Shown: positions 12,201 through 18,569, counted from the first letter of the stretch. The stretch is DNA of 64,000 bases from Verrucomicrobiota bacterium (GCA_039818205.1 JBCBUK010000009.1:1-64000); one strand, 5' to 3'. Program-made: numbers and translations. The notes: a model not told the origin generated them from the letters alone.

Positions 12201-13534
12201 TTATGCAGAACCCCGGTAAAGTGATCGGTGCCCTCATCGGACGAGTCGGTTTCGAGGCGCTGTTTGCGGTGTTGACCGGTGGGGCAGGCCTCGTGAAAGG
12301 CGCGTTAGCCTTTTTAGGCAAGGCGCTCCGTGTGGTGCAGAAAGTCCTCAAGACCGGTCTTAAGCTGCTGAAAAGCGTCTTGAAGAAGCTGGATAACCTC
12401 CCAGGCGGGAAGAACAAAGGGCCCGATGGAACGCCGCCCCCAATACCCAAGGTAGTACCCAAACCGCCGAAGTCCAATCCCTGCTGTTTTACGGCAGATA
12501 CCGAGGTGGTAACGGAAGAGGGCATGGTTCCGATCGCCGAGATTCAAGTCGGTGATCGGGTATTGGCGGCGAATGAGTTTACCGCGGAGCTTGCCGACGG
12601 CGAGCAGGGGACCGAGGTCGATCCAGAAACCTGGCGTCACGTCGTTCTCCTCACCGAGATCCATGGCACGGATTACACGATCGATACCTTGGTGCCATTA
12701 GCGTGGGTCGAGTCGAGCGGGGCGACCGTTGGTGAGAATGTCACCTACTACAATGCGGTCAACGATTCGCTGGTTGAGGCGTTTGTCATGGAGATTGGCC
12801 CGTGCCCGGAGATCAAGGATGGTTGGGGCAACGTAGTTCTATCGGTCATTACTCACGTTGATGATGACGTATTTGATCTGGTCATCGAAGACGAGGTGAT
12901 TGGCGTAACGCCGGACCACCCGATCTACTCGGCCGACCGTGAAGAATGGGTCGACGCGGGTGACTTGCAGGTCGGCGAAATACTTTCAACGACCGACGAG
13001 CCCGTTCAGGTTTTGGCCAAGAGCTCACGTGCCCGCCAAGCCGAAGTTGTTTATAATCTCACGGTTGAGTTTAACCATACCTTCTATGTCTCGGAGCAGG
13101 GCGTTCTTGTCCACAACATGAATCCTAATTGCCCAACGGGACCGAATGCCACAAAGAAGGTAACAACACCAAATACGCAAATGCGTGCTAATGCCAATGC
13201 ACGTGGTGAGTATGTTGACCCACTAACAGGTCAAACTGTAAAAACGGCTGATACTCTAGCTGCCGATCACGTTGTGCCCAAGAAATGGATCAAGGAACAA
13301 CCAGGGTTCAATAACCTTACCCCGCAGCAACAGGACTTGTTGCTAAATCATCCGATCAACACTCAAGGGTTACCAAAGACATTCAATTCATCTAAGGGCG
13401 CAAAACAACCGGGTGCATGGGATACCTACAAAGGACAGCCTCTCGATCCTAATTATATAAATAATGATGCTGCTCGTGGTGAGTTTCTTCGAAAATTCTT
13501 CCAAGATAAAATCAACGAGTTTAATGGAGGTTGA
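3299..13534 (+). CDS. RHS/YD-repeat polymorphic toxin: signal peptide, beta-propeller-like N-region, RHS core, pre-toxin HINT domain and C-terminal HNH-type nuclease
   Basis: Hydrophobic N-terminus (VFLFGLSLGAASLLQA) and many YD repeats. RHS core end is YYSDVETGLVNYGLRVYNPRHGVWLNRDP..NDPLGKVDRLGL (ends 11812). HINT runs from CFTADTEV (12485) to VYNLTVEFNHTFYV..VLVHN (13117). The tip has ADHVVP..N..LPKTFNSSKG. Confidence 0.93.
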   Translation: MNLGMIKQQINRCMSQFNQRTTGLYLRTVFLFGLSLGAASLLQAQLELPGVGIVEDAENVSAVRIDRLGEVHTEGESSHRQKPIVISSDGQRVFTASGNTVQEEPLSTHYNGGDYTVPGSDGYEIKAMVEHPGGDRLYVVLEKENGDLPDYSDHISRGLQSPIPGFKGNDLLIAALNISAEINNDRELVSEESDPQNGLENPSVEVGNNPAGLGEEGESGVSAATRGFILVRSLEGVGFNITDMAITPQGDFILITAMGVSLPRSTPFGVISGPDEGTGGVYVVDSGSLETLDYIPTNLGGDDNTRRVRTAMIRTAHRIKHPVVERAYYKMMLSLGQLAVAGTFSPAFALGPGQSIATEYYNNSYLHGLLADSYSDFGYLAAYANTYPHDMIGATGIGISNRGDMAMVTMERTNNVGVIPINSFVSPLGDITYDSSGLDFASASPKYVNGENLDFSLSGIDAAGNLRFSYWGPADVAFSPDDKIAIVGANSARFGLYGEVDLEANRDLVLGGSPTQNFIALRSSGLERPKHVAGVPALDNDGDGMSNHAEAFNRWNDGRELSDEGIENLALSDGKAGLADINIPAKSVVDPEGGRTAFYLLPHSGIGYRFDYMGNRKFSINAGNATTIAAIEKLGRTWQASNPDRPYFVVQAMAQFGGGNLYNRSGEIQDYSSRTGFDANFAYFSPGRSDVPFDIVSSNDPSSPLDNSVASLEGMDKDSTRRLISFLIEEPMVKEIWVDPLIEEWYGSDDKFVVRGEKDIDSIKRRDCDSFMKVVFGATSDVQVIIDNTSAVYDGTAVKYYYEERQDLAESNYIPVTFLVTDPNAYMFRFSGANPLYEYDEENDAYTVVDFSHEFEADWLRESPVLYLGNGDDVGVTITTYDRDGLVLDTTVVIPDRVSVELPEDLLPTNVSPDVNYGFPGWADGFNLDGASDERLVSDRIDDAADDEGAAVTASLTIDFEGASSDSYVRISYPASAPAAVTRYTEHNRQSFRYDTHFRLPNSGLLRFWKHDQEIRKLSDYVAPGVYKLSDLGGNGSSLTLYAEAVVEDYSGALIQVSLDPDGDGPAGFIASDSLLINNTGSYLTAAPETIEVGETSHLTLNYGGPGDTKFRFHFDPRYLEIKDDTGTALEPGILYDRDSVSGLTALALQETYVPGSSVIAVEIISDVNEGGSRHLNSFNNPKGSVIEEVIIPGATRWGRADLSGTWVGPAIRWEQETGTYHNPINVGRPEKEHRIGYDETHLRAILEEDVDGAVEYEVVQWVPEFEGGVQPNTYQMGDKYIVQANEDAGYLLVKARSVSDPAIESTTIRVDISCAICIDCEEEVTLTPETEFDGELEFEISDGDGGQLVVSGGGAMADNPASIEFLDYPYENYNEDDRKIRIMRLGLLRQVLTMDYLVDIKIQDEYSYDIVTYAVGASEPEKSGGLYLTDGLQEVKIFKVENPGGDSGQNDELKVTEEHFGREIRRREFEREGIENRWRIRDTRKPLLASQSTGPLRGGFGGLGDGSNGGDDSNNFSEVTEVFFTTNPDGSETQTILRRNADGSNALQTTKTIQDFQFGQREVSSSFGSGGASLGSTTQYYGASGGGGGGGGGGGGSASDGKPMLIESYDGSWKKFEYDSSGRKSKEITPWLNSSPNDPEASSEVTTWTYWENSRKPKSKVVSVLGKEVERSYWTYLPDGVIETAAGKPGASEADPENVVIRKTFYTDGLFKGQDKKIELPNGVSSLFEYSKDEGDSKVIQWSGEPNEDGDAIVRGTRVETVSDSKGRELRRFVYDIETDVMVDYTAVTDVDHQGRPRRIEYMDGTFIERSFGCCGLEYEVDQQGIRTDYEYDSANRLVAETRLGVTTRYFYDGSGKRIRTELEGQDSTVLTVRENEYNSRASLSDTYDIGGRRTQFSMDYPAGGGRVETVTLPSMAEIITTTAKDGRALSISGSGALPNRYEYDIETLDGVNYDVRKTIFIGDLGSETTWVKDFVDMNGRVVRREFADGAVETLHYNEAAQLVKTVDADGVVRLLAYNTLGERVITAVDLNRNDVIDYDGADRISAIDQAIVYDADLGEHVARTIFSVWVQDNTDLATTTSIVKTSLDGLRSWTTDAHGATSREEIIYSGRRDGGWIQRSIAPDGSYAESIVENGLLDRVASYDQNAVIITQTAYTYDEFNRVETETTLDGVISTYNYNDDGSVDFMSVKKGDDVFITDYEYDENGLMTTIILPDNSTKHYAYDDMGRTYKEWGSQRYPIEVAFDTMGRIKTRTQWQNFDAATGEGLSGSRSTTYEYHTNRNWLLSQTDELGRATSFTYKPSGRIETRTMQRGAVGTFYYNNAGDVELVDYSDATPDVAFFYDRLGRMTQVDGGTSNAGLIADVDRLYRYEYRFTDQFDLDMEIVETGISRVMKHRYQTAAEGVAGRYAGFDLGSLVDPDETTTKRFFYDDAGRISDIQSGLGNFNYEYEDDTSFLKTLNAPAHKVNYAYHPVHRNRSGVENVVNGQVVSSVNMHFDALGKIEAIIRQGTSVPGGTYDIVDYDEKGQLTSYDRFSGLSPPVDGDEPIHERSYDYSYDDIGNRTLWALGPDAPSGPLAANTYLPNDLNQIDTITGSFNENVVHDLDGNRLEDGKYTYTWDAENRVTSITPIMPAEGDAKLVFTYDYRSRRIAKEVSEWSDSAMAFIAAYRHDYLYDGWDLIYETVTDQGATESTEHLYVWGKDQSQLMGGLGGAGGLLGRKTMESGQADQIRYYLYDTNANVTQIIDDTGDVVAHYEYSPFGELVQVVEDASEETNPYRFSGYYSDVETGLVNYGLRVYNPRHGVWLNRDPSGFAGGENLFAFLGNDPLGKVDRLGLDEYNKKDFSSQIGDAFSAQVSTYASFTTSDWVSWGAEQAAGFSIGAAAGFASGATELVEMALGAAQFAGNVIDYATDPDFRSYINAQISKLWGVITEAFKGFVDCFRTKCCQQNMLHELGKEMADLLTEFMQNPGKVIGALIGRVGFEALFAVLTGGAGLVKGALAFLGKALRVVQKVLKTGLKLLKSVLKKLDNLPGGKNKGPDGTPPPIPKVVPKPPKSNPCCFTADTEVVTEEGMVPIAEIQVGDRVLAANEFTAELADGEQGTEVDPETWRHVVLLTEIHGTDYTIDTLVPLAWVESSGATVGENVTYYNAVNDSLVEAFVMEIGPCPEIKDGWGNVVLSVITHVDDDVFDLVIEDEVIGVTPDHPIYSADREEWVDAGDLQVGEILSTTDEPVQVLAKSSRARQAEVVYNLTVEFNHTFYVSEQGVLVHNMNPNCPTGPNATKKVTTPNTQMRANANARGEYVDPLTGQTVKTADTLAADHVVPKKWIKEQPGFNNLTPQQQDLLLNHPINTQGLPKTFNSSKGAKQPGAWDTYKGQPLDPNYINNDAARGEFLRKFFQDKINEFNGG
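8054..8089 (+). repeat. (GGC/GGT)12 poly-glycine microsatellite inside the RHS gene
   Basis: ggcggcggcggcggcggcggcggtggcggcggtggc encodes 12 consecutive Gly. Confidence 0.9.
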
Positions 13535-13539
13535 TCATC

Positions 13540-14175
13540 ATGAGCGAAATACGTATACAGCAAAACCGTAATCTACCTGATATTGTATGCAAACTAGGCG
13601 AGAACGCCCACTTTGATCCTATTTGGCTGCGACAATATTTTGATGAGTGTATCAGCCAAGGCACAGTCTTTAAGGATAATGAAACAATTCAAGTTGGTTG
13701 GGGAATCCTCATGCTCAGGGATAACGGCAGGAACGAGCTTATTGCCCATGAGCCTGATTTCGTTTCGATGCCAATACAATGGATGGATTCGGTTACGAAC
13801 ACTATCCGCTTTCTATCTCTACAGCGGTCAGTATGTGATTTAATTGATGCGGGCTTAGAGGTGCCATCATTGCGACAGGCGTGTGTCTGTAGAAATTTTT
13901 CTAAATCCTCAGAAATAAGTTTAAAGAGAGAGCCTGATGAAGAAAATTATTCAGGATGGGTTTTAGATTTCCGTGACAGTGATGGGACTGAGGAAGAAAT
14001 GAAATCACTTTATGAAGTGGGGATTAATGATCACAGGCTCATCCCATTTTTCGGCTTACCAGCCTCTGCAAGTGTTCTTATCAATAGTCAGCTCATTCAA
14101 ATTGAGTTCAATGGCCTGAAAGCGACATCAGATAAAGACCCATTTTTGAAAAAGCTCTTGGCTTCCTGGAGCTGA
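13540..14175 (+). CDS. Cognate immunity protein (Imm33-like)
   Basis: Immediately follows the toxin stop (ATG 13540; alternative TTG 13531 overlaps the stop) and is AT-rich. Motifs ETIQVGW..L, SGW and SLYE..LIPFFGLP resemble Imm33-type proteins. Confidence 0.7.
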   Translation: MSEIRIQQNRNLPDIVCKLGENAHFDPIWLRQYFDECISQGTVFKDNETIQVGWGILMLRDNGRNELIAHEPDFVSMPIQWMDSVTNTIRFLSLQRSVCDLIDAGLEVPSLRQACVCRNFSKSSEISLKREPDEENYSGWVLDFRDSDGTEEEMKSLYEVGINDHRLIPFFGLPASASVLINSQLIQIEFNGLKATSDKDPFLKKLLASWS

Positions 14176-14340
14176 CATTCGTCAAATTTTAATTGTTCTC
14201 AAAACCGCATTATGGCGATTTTTTATATGATCATGATTTTTAGGAAGGAGGGTAAGGGTCCCTCGAAGCACCCTTGCTTTGTTCTTTACTGATCAGTTGT
14301 CATAAACGTCGTATTGGTCTGGCTACGACGTATATGATGT

Positions 14341-15014
14341 CTACGCTGCCAGCTTACAGTGACGCTTGGCGTATGCAGCTGGCGTCATGTTTGGTGTCTG
14401 ATGATTGGTTGAGCTGGGCAAGGTTTCCAGCAAGTATCGCAGGTAGGCGTATGGGTCTATGCCGTGTCGTTTTGCGGACTCGATGATGGAGTAGATGATT
14501 GCGCTGGTTTTACCGGATGCTTCTGAACCGATGAAGAGCCAGTTTTTCTTACCGATGGCCGAAGGGCGGATGGCGTTTTCGACGAGGTTGTTGTCGATCT
14601 CGACCAGGCCATTGGAGACAAAGGCTTCGAGCGCGTTCCACTGATTCAGTGCATAGGCGATGGCTTTGCCCAAGCTGCTTTTGGGCAAGTAACGCGGTTT
14701 GAGTTGAATGAAGGCTCTTTTGAGGCGTTGTAAAATTGGAGCCGACTCCGATGCTCGGATGGTGACGCGCAAGTTGGGTCCGGCGCGGGCCTCTCGCAGT
14801 TGTTTTTCGATGCGATAAAGTTGGGCGATCTGGCGGAGCAGCCAGCCGACGATTTGGGGATCACGTTCTTTGGCTTCAAAAAACTTGCGCCGGGCATGTG
14901 CCCAGCAGCCGGCAAGCTGAATCGAGCCGCTACGTTGTTTTTGGAAGCTGGGGTAAGCCTGATAGCCGTCGCATTGCAGCGCGCCGTTAAAGTCTTCCGG
15001 AACGATCTCATGCA
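14341..15014 (-). pseudogene. IS66-family transposase (TnpC), C-terminal remnant, 5'-truncated
   Basis: One open frame reads EDFNGALQCDGYQAY..GCWAHARRKFFEA..LGKAIAYALNQW..EIDNNLVENAIRP..GKKNWLFIGS..SIIESAKRHGIDPYAYL. Homology stops at ~15014, where the repeat-flanked Y1 element begins. Confidence 0.9.
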
Positions 15015-15032
15015 GAAGAGGCCAAGGGAAGA

Positions 15033-15075
15033 GGCCAAGGGGTCAGGCTTTTCGGATTGACATTTTTGATTCTCG
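15033..15075 (+). repeat. Repeat copy 1 (left end of Y1 element), containing a TTGACA -35-like box at 15057-15062
   Basis: GGCCAAGGGGTCAGGCTTTTCGGATTGACATTTTTGATTCTCG, preceded by a 13-bp tandem duplication GAAGAGGCCAAGG (15015-15027 / 15028-15040). Confidence 0.88.
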
Positions 15076-15091
15076 CTGAAGTCTTGTGTGC

Positions 15092-16042
15092 ATGCCACGC
15101 GCACCACGCATAGAGTTTCCCGGTGCCCGTTACCATGTGATCAATCGGGGGAACTACCGGCAGGACTTGTTCACCAAGCACAAGACCGGGGCGGCGTTTG
15201 AGAAGACTTTGTTTGAGGCGTGTGAGCGTTTTGGCTGGCGGTTGCATGCCTATGTGTTGATGGCCAACCACTACCACCTTGCGTTGGAGACGCCCGAGCC
15301 GAACCTGTCGCTCGGTATGCAGTGGCTGCAAGGCACGTTCGCGAATCGCTTTAACCACTTCGTGAAAACACCGGGCCATGTCTTTCAGGGGCGTTACAAG
15401 GCGCTGCTCATTGAGCCTGGGCCGTCGCTGCTGCGGGTGGTCAACTACATTCATCTGAACCCCGTTCGCGCTAGCGTGTGTGAGGTCAAGGCCTTGAAGG
15501 GCTACGCGATGTCGAGTTTTCCGAAGTTTTTTGAGCCTGATCGTTGGCCACAGTTGACGAGTGAAGTCTGGTTGTTGGAAAGCGGCGATTTGGTTCCTAG
15601 CAAGGCCGGGATGCGCCGTTACCTTAAGCAATTGGAGCTGGCCGAGGCGGGGCGCCCGAAGGAGCGCGAACGACTATTTCGTGAGTTTTGTCGCGGCTGG
15701 TTTATTGGTTCGGCGGAGGGCAAAAAGGCACTCCTGGAGGAGCTGAAGGCATCCCGAAAAAAGAAACGCTCATCGAAAGAGGAACTTATCTTTTCCAATG
15801 AACGGCACGATGCTGACGCCGCCGAAGTGGCGCTCAAGGAGTCATTGAAATCAGCCGGGAAATCCGCGAAATCAATCGCCAATGACCGCAAAAGTGCGCC
15901 TTGGAAAGTGGAAATCGCCCGCGACCTGCGTTCCCGTTTCGCAGTCAGTAATCGTTGGCTCGGCGAGCGTCTCAATATGGGCCACCCTTGCGCGGTAAGT
16001 CGACTTCTCACGGCCAACCGCCAAATGCAAACGCCACAATGA
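15092..16042 (+). CDS. REP-associated/IS200-like Y1 tyrosine transposase with C-terminal HTH-like extension
   Basis: MPRAPRIEFPGARYHVINRGN start, HUH motif in AYVLMANHYHL, GHVFQGRYKA, and catalytic Tyr in YIHLNPVRA. Confidence 0.92.
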   Translation: MPRAPRIEFPGARYHVINRGNYRQDLFTKHKTGAAFEKTLFEACERFGWRLHAYVLMANHYHLALETPEPNLSLGMQWLQGTFANRFNHFVKTPGHVFQGRYKALLIEPGPSLLRVVNYIHLNPVRASVCEVKALKGYAMSSFPKFFEPDRWPQLTSEVWLLESGDLVPSKAGMRRYLKQLELAEAGRPKERERLFREFCRGWFIGSAEGKKALLEELKASRKKKRSSKEELIFSNERHDADAAEVALKESLKSAGKSAKSIANDRKSAPWKVEIARDLRSRFAVSNRWLGERLNMGHPCAVSRLLTANRQMQTPQ

Positions 16043-16090
16043 GAAACTAAATGTTAATCCGAAAAGCCTGACCCCTTGACCCTGACCCCC
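16041..16090 (-). repeat. Repeat copy 2 (inverted, right end) with a stuttered CCTGACCCC tip
   Basis: gagaaactaaatgttaatccgaaaagcctgaccccttgac-cctgaccccc; overlaps the transposase stop codon. Confidence 0.88.
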
Positions 16091-16136
16091 GGATTAATAA
16101 TTGAAGTGTTTGGAGTAGGATTCTAGTTTTGGCATT

Positions 16137-16586
16137 ATGGAATTTATAAACAGAGAAAATGCTGCGAGTATGGCATATGACCTAGGCTTACCCGACGTTG
16201 TATTAGGAATAATCAATAATCAAATTCCGGAAAGAATTGCTGATTATATTTCTACGCCTATGGTCTATAGTTTAGATGCAGCCGAGCAAGATGCATATGG
16301 ATACGGCAGGATATTGCCTCTTATGGCGGTTGCAAACTCCAGCATTGTCTACGCATACGATTTTTCGCGGCGAGATTATTTCGGTTTTTTTTGGGATGGA
16401 GATATTGAATCGCGATATGAATCGTGGAATGATTTAATGCGAGAGGTGGTCGCTAGGACTGTAGATGTTGTATGGGATGATCAAGATCGAGATGAAGTTT
16501 TTGAGATCCTGTTAGCGATATTTGATGGATTTGAGATCGATAATTTGGAGGAAATCTTCAACGATATCTGTAACAGTTCTGCTTGA
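16137..16586 (+). CDS. Acidic, AT-rich hypothetical protein; probable orphan immunity protein (SUKH-like appearance)
   Basis: 149-aa AT-rich ORF downstream of a toxin-immunity pair. The pattern RILPL..VYAYD..YFGFFWD..YESWNDL is reminiscent of SUKH/SMI1-type immunity proteins (by eye only). Confidence 0.55.
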   Translation: MEFINRENAASMAYDLGLPDVVLGIINNQIPERIADYISTPMVYSLDAAEQDAYGYGRILPLMAVANSSIVYAYDFSRRDYFGFFWDGDIESRYESWNDLMREVVARTVDVVWDDQDRDEVFEILLAIFDGFEIDNLEEIFNDICNSSA

Positions 16587-16648
16587 TATTAGTACCTAGA
16601 AGCTTTTGTTACCGAGCTCGTAATCTAATAATAGATTGGCAAAGGTAG

Positions 16649-16691
16649 GGCCAAGGGGTCAGGCTTTTTGGATTAACATTTTTGCTTCTCG
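16649..16691 (+). repeat. Repeat copy 3 (direct copy of the left end, no transposase behind it)
   Basis: GGCCAAGGGGTCAGGCTTTTTGGATTAACATTTTTGCTTCTCG, 40/43 identical to 15033-15075. Confidence 0.9.
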
Positions 16692-16814
16692 ACGGCCCCT
16701 GAACGTTTTGTGGAGATTTTTGGAGTCATTCTGGATGGTTAATTCGTTGCCTATGAGGGTCTTAGTGGCTGATTGGTTGGCCTGGATATTTAGGAATTCT
16801 TAATTATACGCCGA

Positions 16815-18545
16815 TTGAGTCGTTATACCCTAATCTTCAATCGGATATTCGTGTATAGAGACTTCACAGTTGGATGCGTTTGCTTGGACCTGGTTAGCCT
16901 ATTTAGGCGTTGGGCGCTGGTGGCTGTGGGGGCCGCTGGATTCGCCGTTTCCTTCACCGAAACCTTTGGTGAGCAACTCAACGTTGTTAACAACCCCGAG
17001 TTCGAGGTCACCGTAATCAATCCTTCCGGGACGGAGTGGGCGGCTGAGCGCGAGGATACGCCAGCAACGACTGAGAATCCTCGTTATACGGTGAACGACA
17101 CCAACGCCATCAACGTGGGCTGGTATAACACCGGTCGAGGCGTCATCGAGGTCTGGACACCGTCTTTTCAGAATGGCCAGTTGGGGGGTAACCTCGGTAG
17201 CAGCGTTTCGGAAATCAACTCGGTAGACGGCAACTCTCAGCTGTACATTTCGTTCACCGCTGACTACACGTTTGACTACGATTTCTCGTGGTATGACGTA
17301 AACCGCCCAGGCGGAACGGGCGATTATCGTGTGAATATCAACACGGGCCTCACGCCCATTGGGGCAACGGGTACCGGCAACACGTTTACGGACGATTTCA
17401 CCTCTACGGTGTCGGTATTTAATCAGCGGACCGATACAGTGACGCTTGAGCGCGGTGAAACCTACACGCTTTCTTACTCAACTAATTTTTCGAGCACACT
17501 TTCGAGCCTGATCGGGGAAGTCTACCTCGTAACCCCGGTAGACTTTGTCTACTGGGATACCAATGGGACCACGCCGGGTTCCGGTGGGCCAAGCCCCAAT
17601 GGGACCTGGAACGGTTCAAACAGCAATTGGTCAGACGCATCGGATGGAACGGGGCCCTTGGCGACCTTCGCAAACGATGATGTCGCCGTGTTCTCGGCAG
17701 GTACCGATGCGACCGGATCTTACACGGTGACCAAGGCCGGGCGAACGGATGTAAATGGCATCGTGTTTGAAGATGGCACCCCAACGATAGCCCATGGTTC
17801 AAGCGGAAGAATCCATTTTGACGGAACCAACGGTGGGGTTCCATTCGTTGAGGTCGCGAGCGGCGTCACTGCAACAATTGAAACCCGGGTGACCGATCAA
17901 GGGAGTGAAGGTCTGGTTAAATTTGGTGATGGTACCTTGATATTGGGTGGTAGCCGGAGCAACTCGCGGATTGACGGACTAACGGTCGAGGCGGGAACCG
18001 TCGAACTGGCGAACACGGCCGAAAATCGCCAAATCCGGCAATCGGTGACGATTAATGGAGGAACGCTCTTGGTTTCCGAAGCCAATCAAATTGACAACAA
18101 CGCAACCGTAGTCCTCAACGGCGGCACCTTCGCGATTGGTGAGACCACGGAGGTCGTTGACACATTGACTCTAGATAGTGACTCCACGATCGATTTTGTG
18201 GGTAGCAATGGAATTTTGACTTTTGATGATAGTAGCGGAGTCGGGTGGGACAACGCTTCGACGCTAACGATTAGTAACTGGAACGGTCAGCTAAGTGGCG
18301 GCGGTTCCGATCAACTCAGCTTTGGAGCGGGTGGTCTCGATCCAAATCAAGTCGCGCAGATTCGCTTCTTTAACCCGGCAGGCCTGCCCAGTGGCGTCTA
18401 TGGTGCCCGGATCTTGGGTAGCGGTGAGGTCGTCCCCGTTGTTCCCGAGCCCGGAACTTGGTTAATGGGCGGCGTCGCGTGTTTCGCGGCATTCATCCAC
18501 CTCTGGCGCAGGCGAATAAGAATCTCTAGCGCCAGTTACGCCTAA
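16815..18545 (+). CDS. PEP-CTERM surface protein with autotransporter-associated beta-strand repeat (true start probably somewhat downstream)
   Basis: GLVKFGDGTLILGG..GLTVEAGTVEL repeat; C-terminal VPEPGTWLMGG-TM-WRRR; signal-like segment RRWALVAVGAAGFAVSF. Confidence 0.85.
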   Translation: MSRYTLIFNRIFVYRDFTVGCVCLDLVSLFRRWALVAVGAAGFAVSFTETFGEQLNVVNNPEFEVTVINPSGTEWAAEREDTPATTENPRYTVNDTNAINVGWYNTGRGVIEVWTPSFQNGQLGGNLGSSVSEINSVDGNSQLYISFTADYTFDYDFSWYDVNRPGGTGDYRVNINTGLTPIGATGTGNTFTDDFTSTVSVFNQRTDTVTLERGETYTLSYSTNFSSTLSSLIGEVYLVTPVDFVYWDTNGTTPGSGGPSPNGTWNGSNSNWSDASDGTGPLATFANDDVAVFSAGTDATGSYTVTKAGRTDVNGIVFEDGTPTIAHGSSGRIHFDGTNGGVPFVEVASGVTATIETRVTDQGSEGLVKFGDGTLILGGSRSNSRIDGLTVEAGTVELANTAENRQIRQSVTINGGTLLVSEANQIDNNATVVLNGGTFAIGETTEVVDTLTLDSDSTIDFVGSNGILTFDDSSGVGWDNASTLTISNWNGQLSGGGSDQLSFGAGGLDPNQVAQIRFFNPAGLPSGVYGARILGSGEVVPVVPEPGTWLMGGVACFAAFIHLWRRRIRISSASYA

Positions 18546-18569
18546 GCGGCTTTGCGGGTTTTGCTGCTT

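Larger units (their letters stand above)
15033..16078 (+). mobile_element. Inverted-repeat-flanked Y1 (HUH) tyrosine-transposase element (RAYT/TIRYT-like)
   Basis: Left end CAAGGGGTCAGGCTTTTCGGATTGACATTT (15036-15065) matches the reverse complement of the right end (16049-16078) at 29/30 bases. The ends enclose a single HUH transposase gene. Confidence 0.8.

Noticed and set aside
12485..13117. Classical splicing intein with homing endonuclease
   Set aside because: No LAGLIDADG motifs and the +1 residue is Met; the context fits a pre-toxin HINT.
14301..14335. IS66 right terminal inverted repeat / 8-bp hairpin ACGTCGTA..TACGACGT
   Set aside because: Only a degenerate match to the GTAAGCG-type end, and no partner end to confirm it.
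15033..16691. Three ~40-bp repeats as a CRISPR array
   Set aside because: Mixed orientation, gene-sized spacing and no cas genes.
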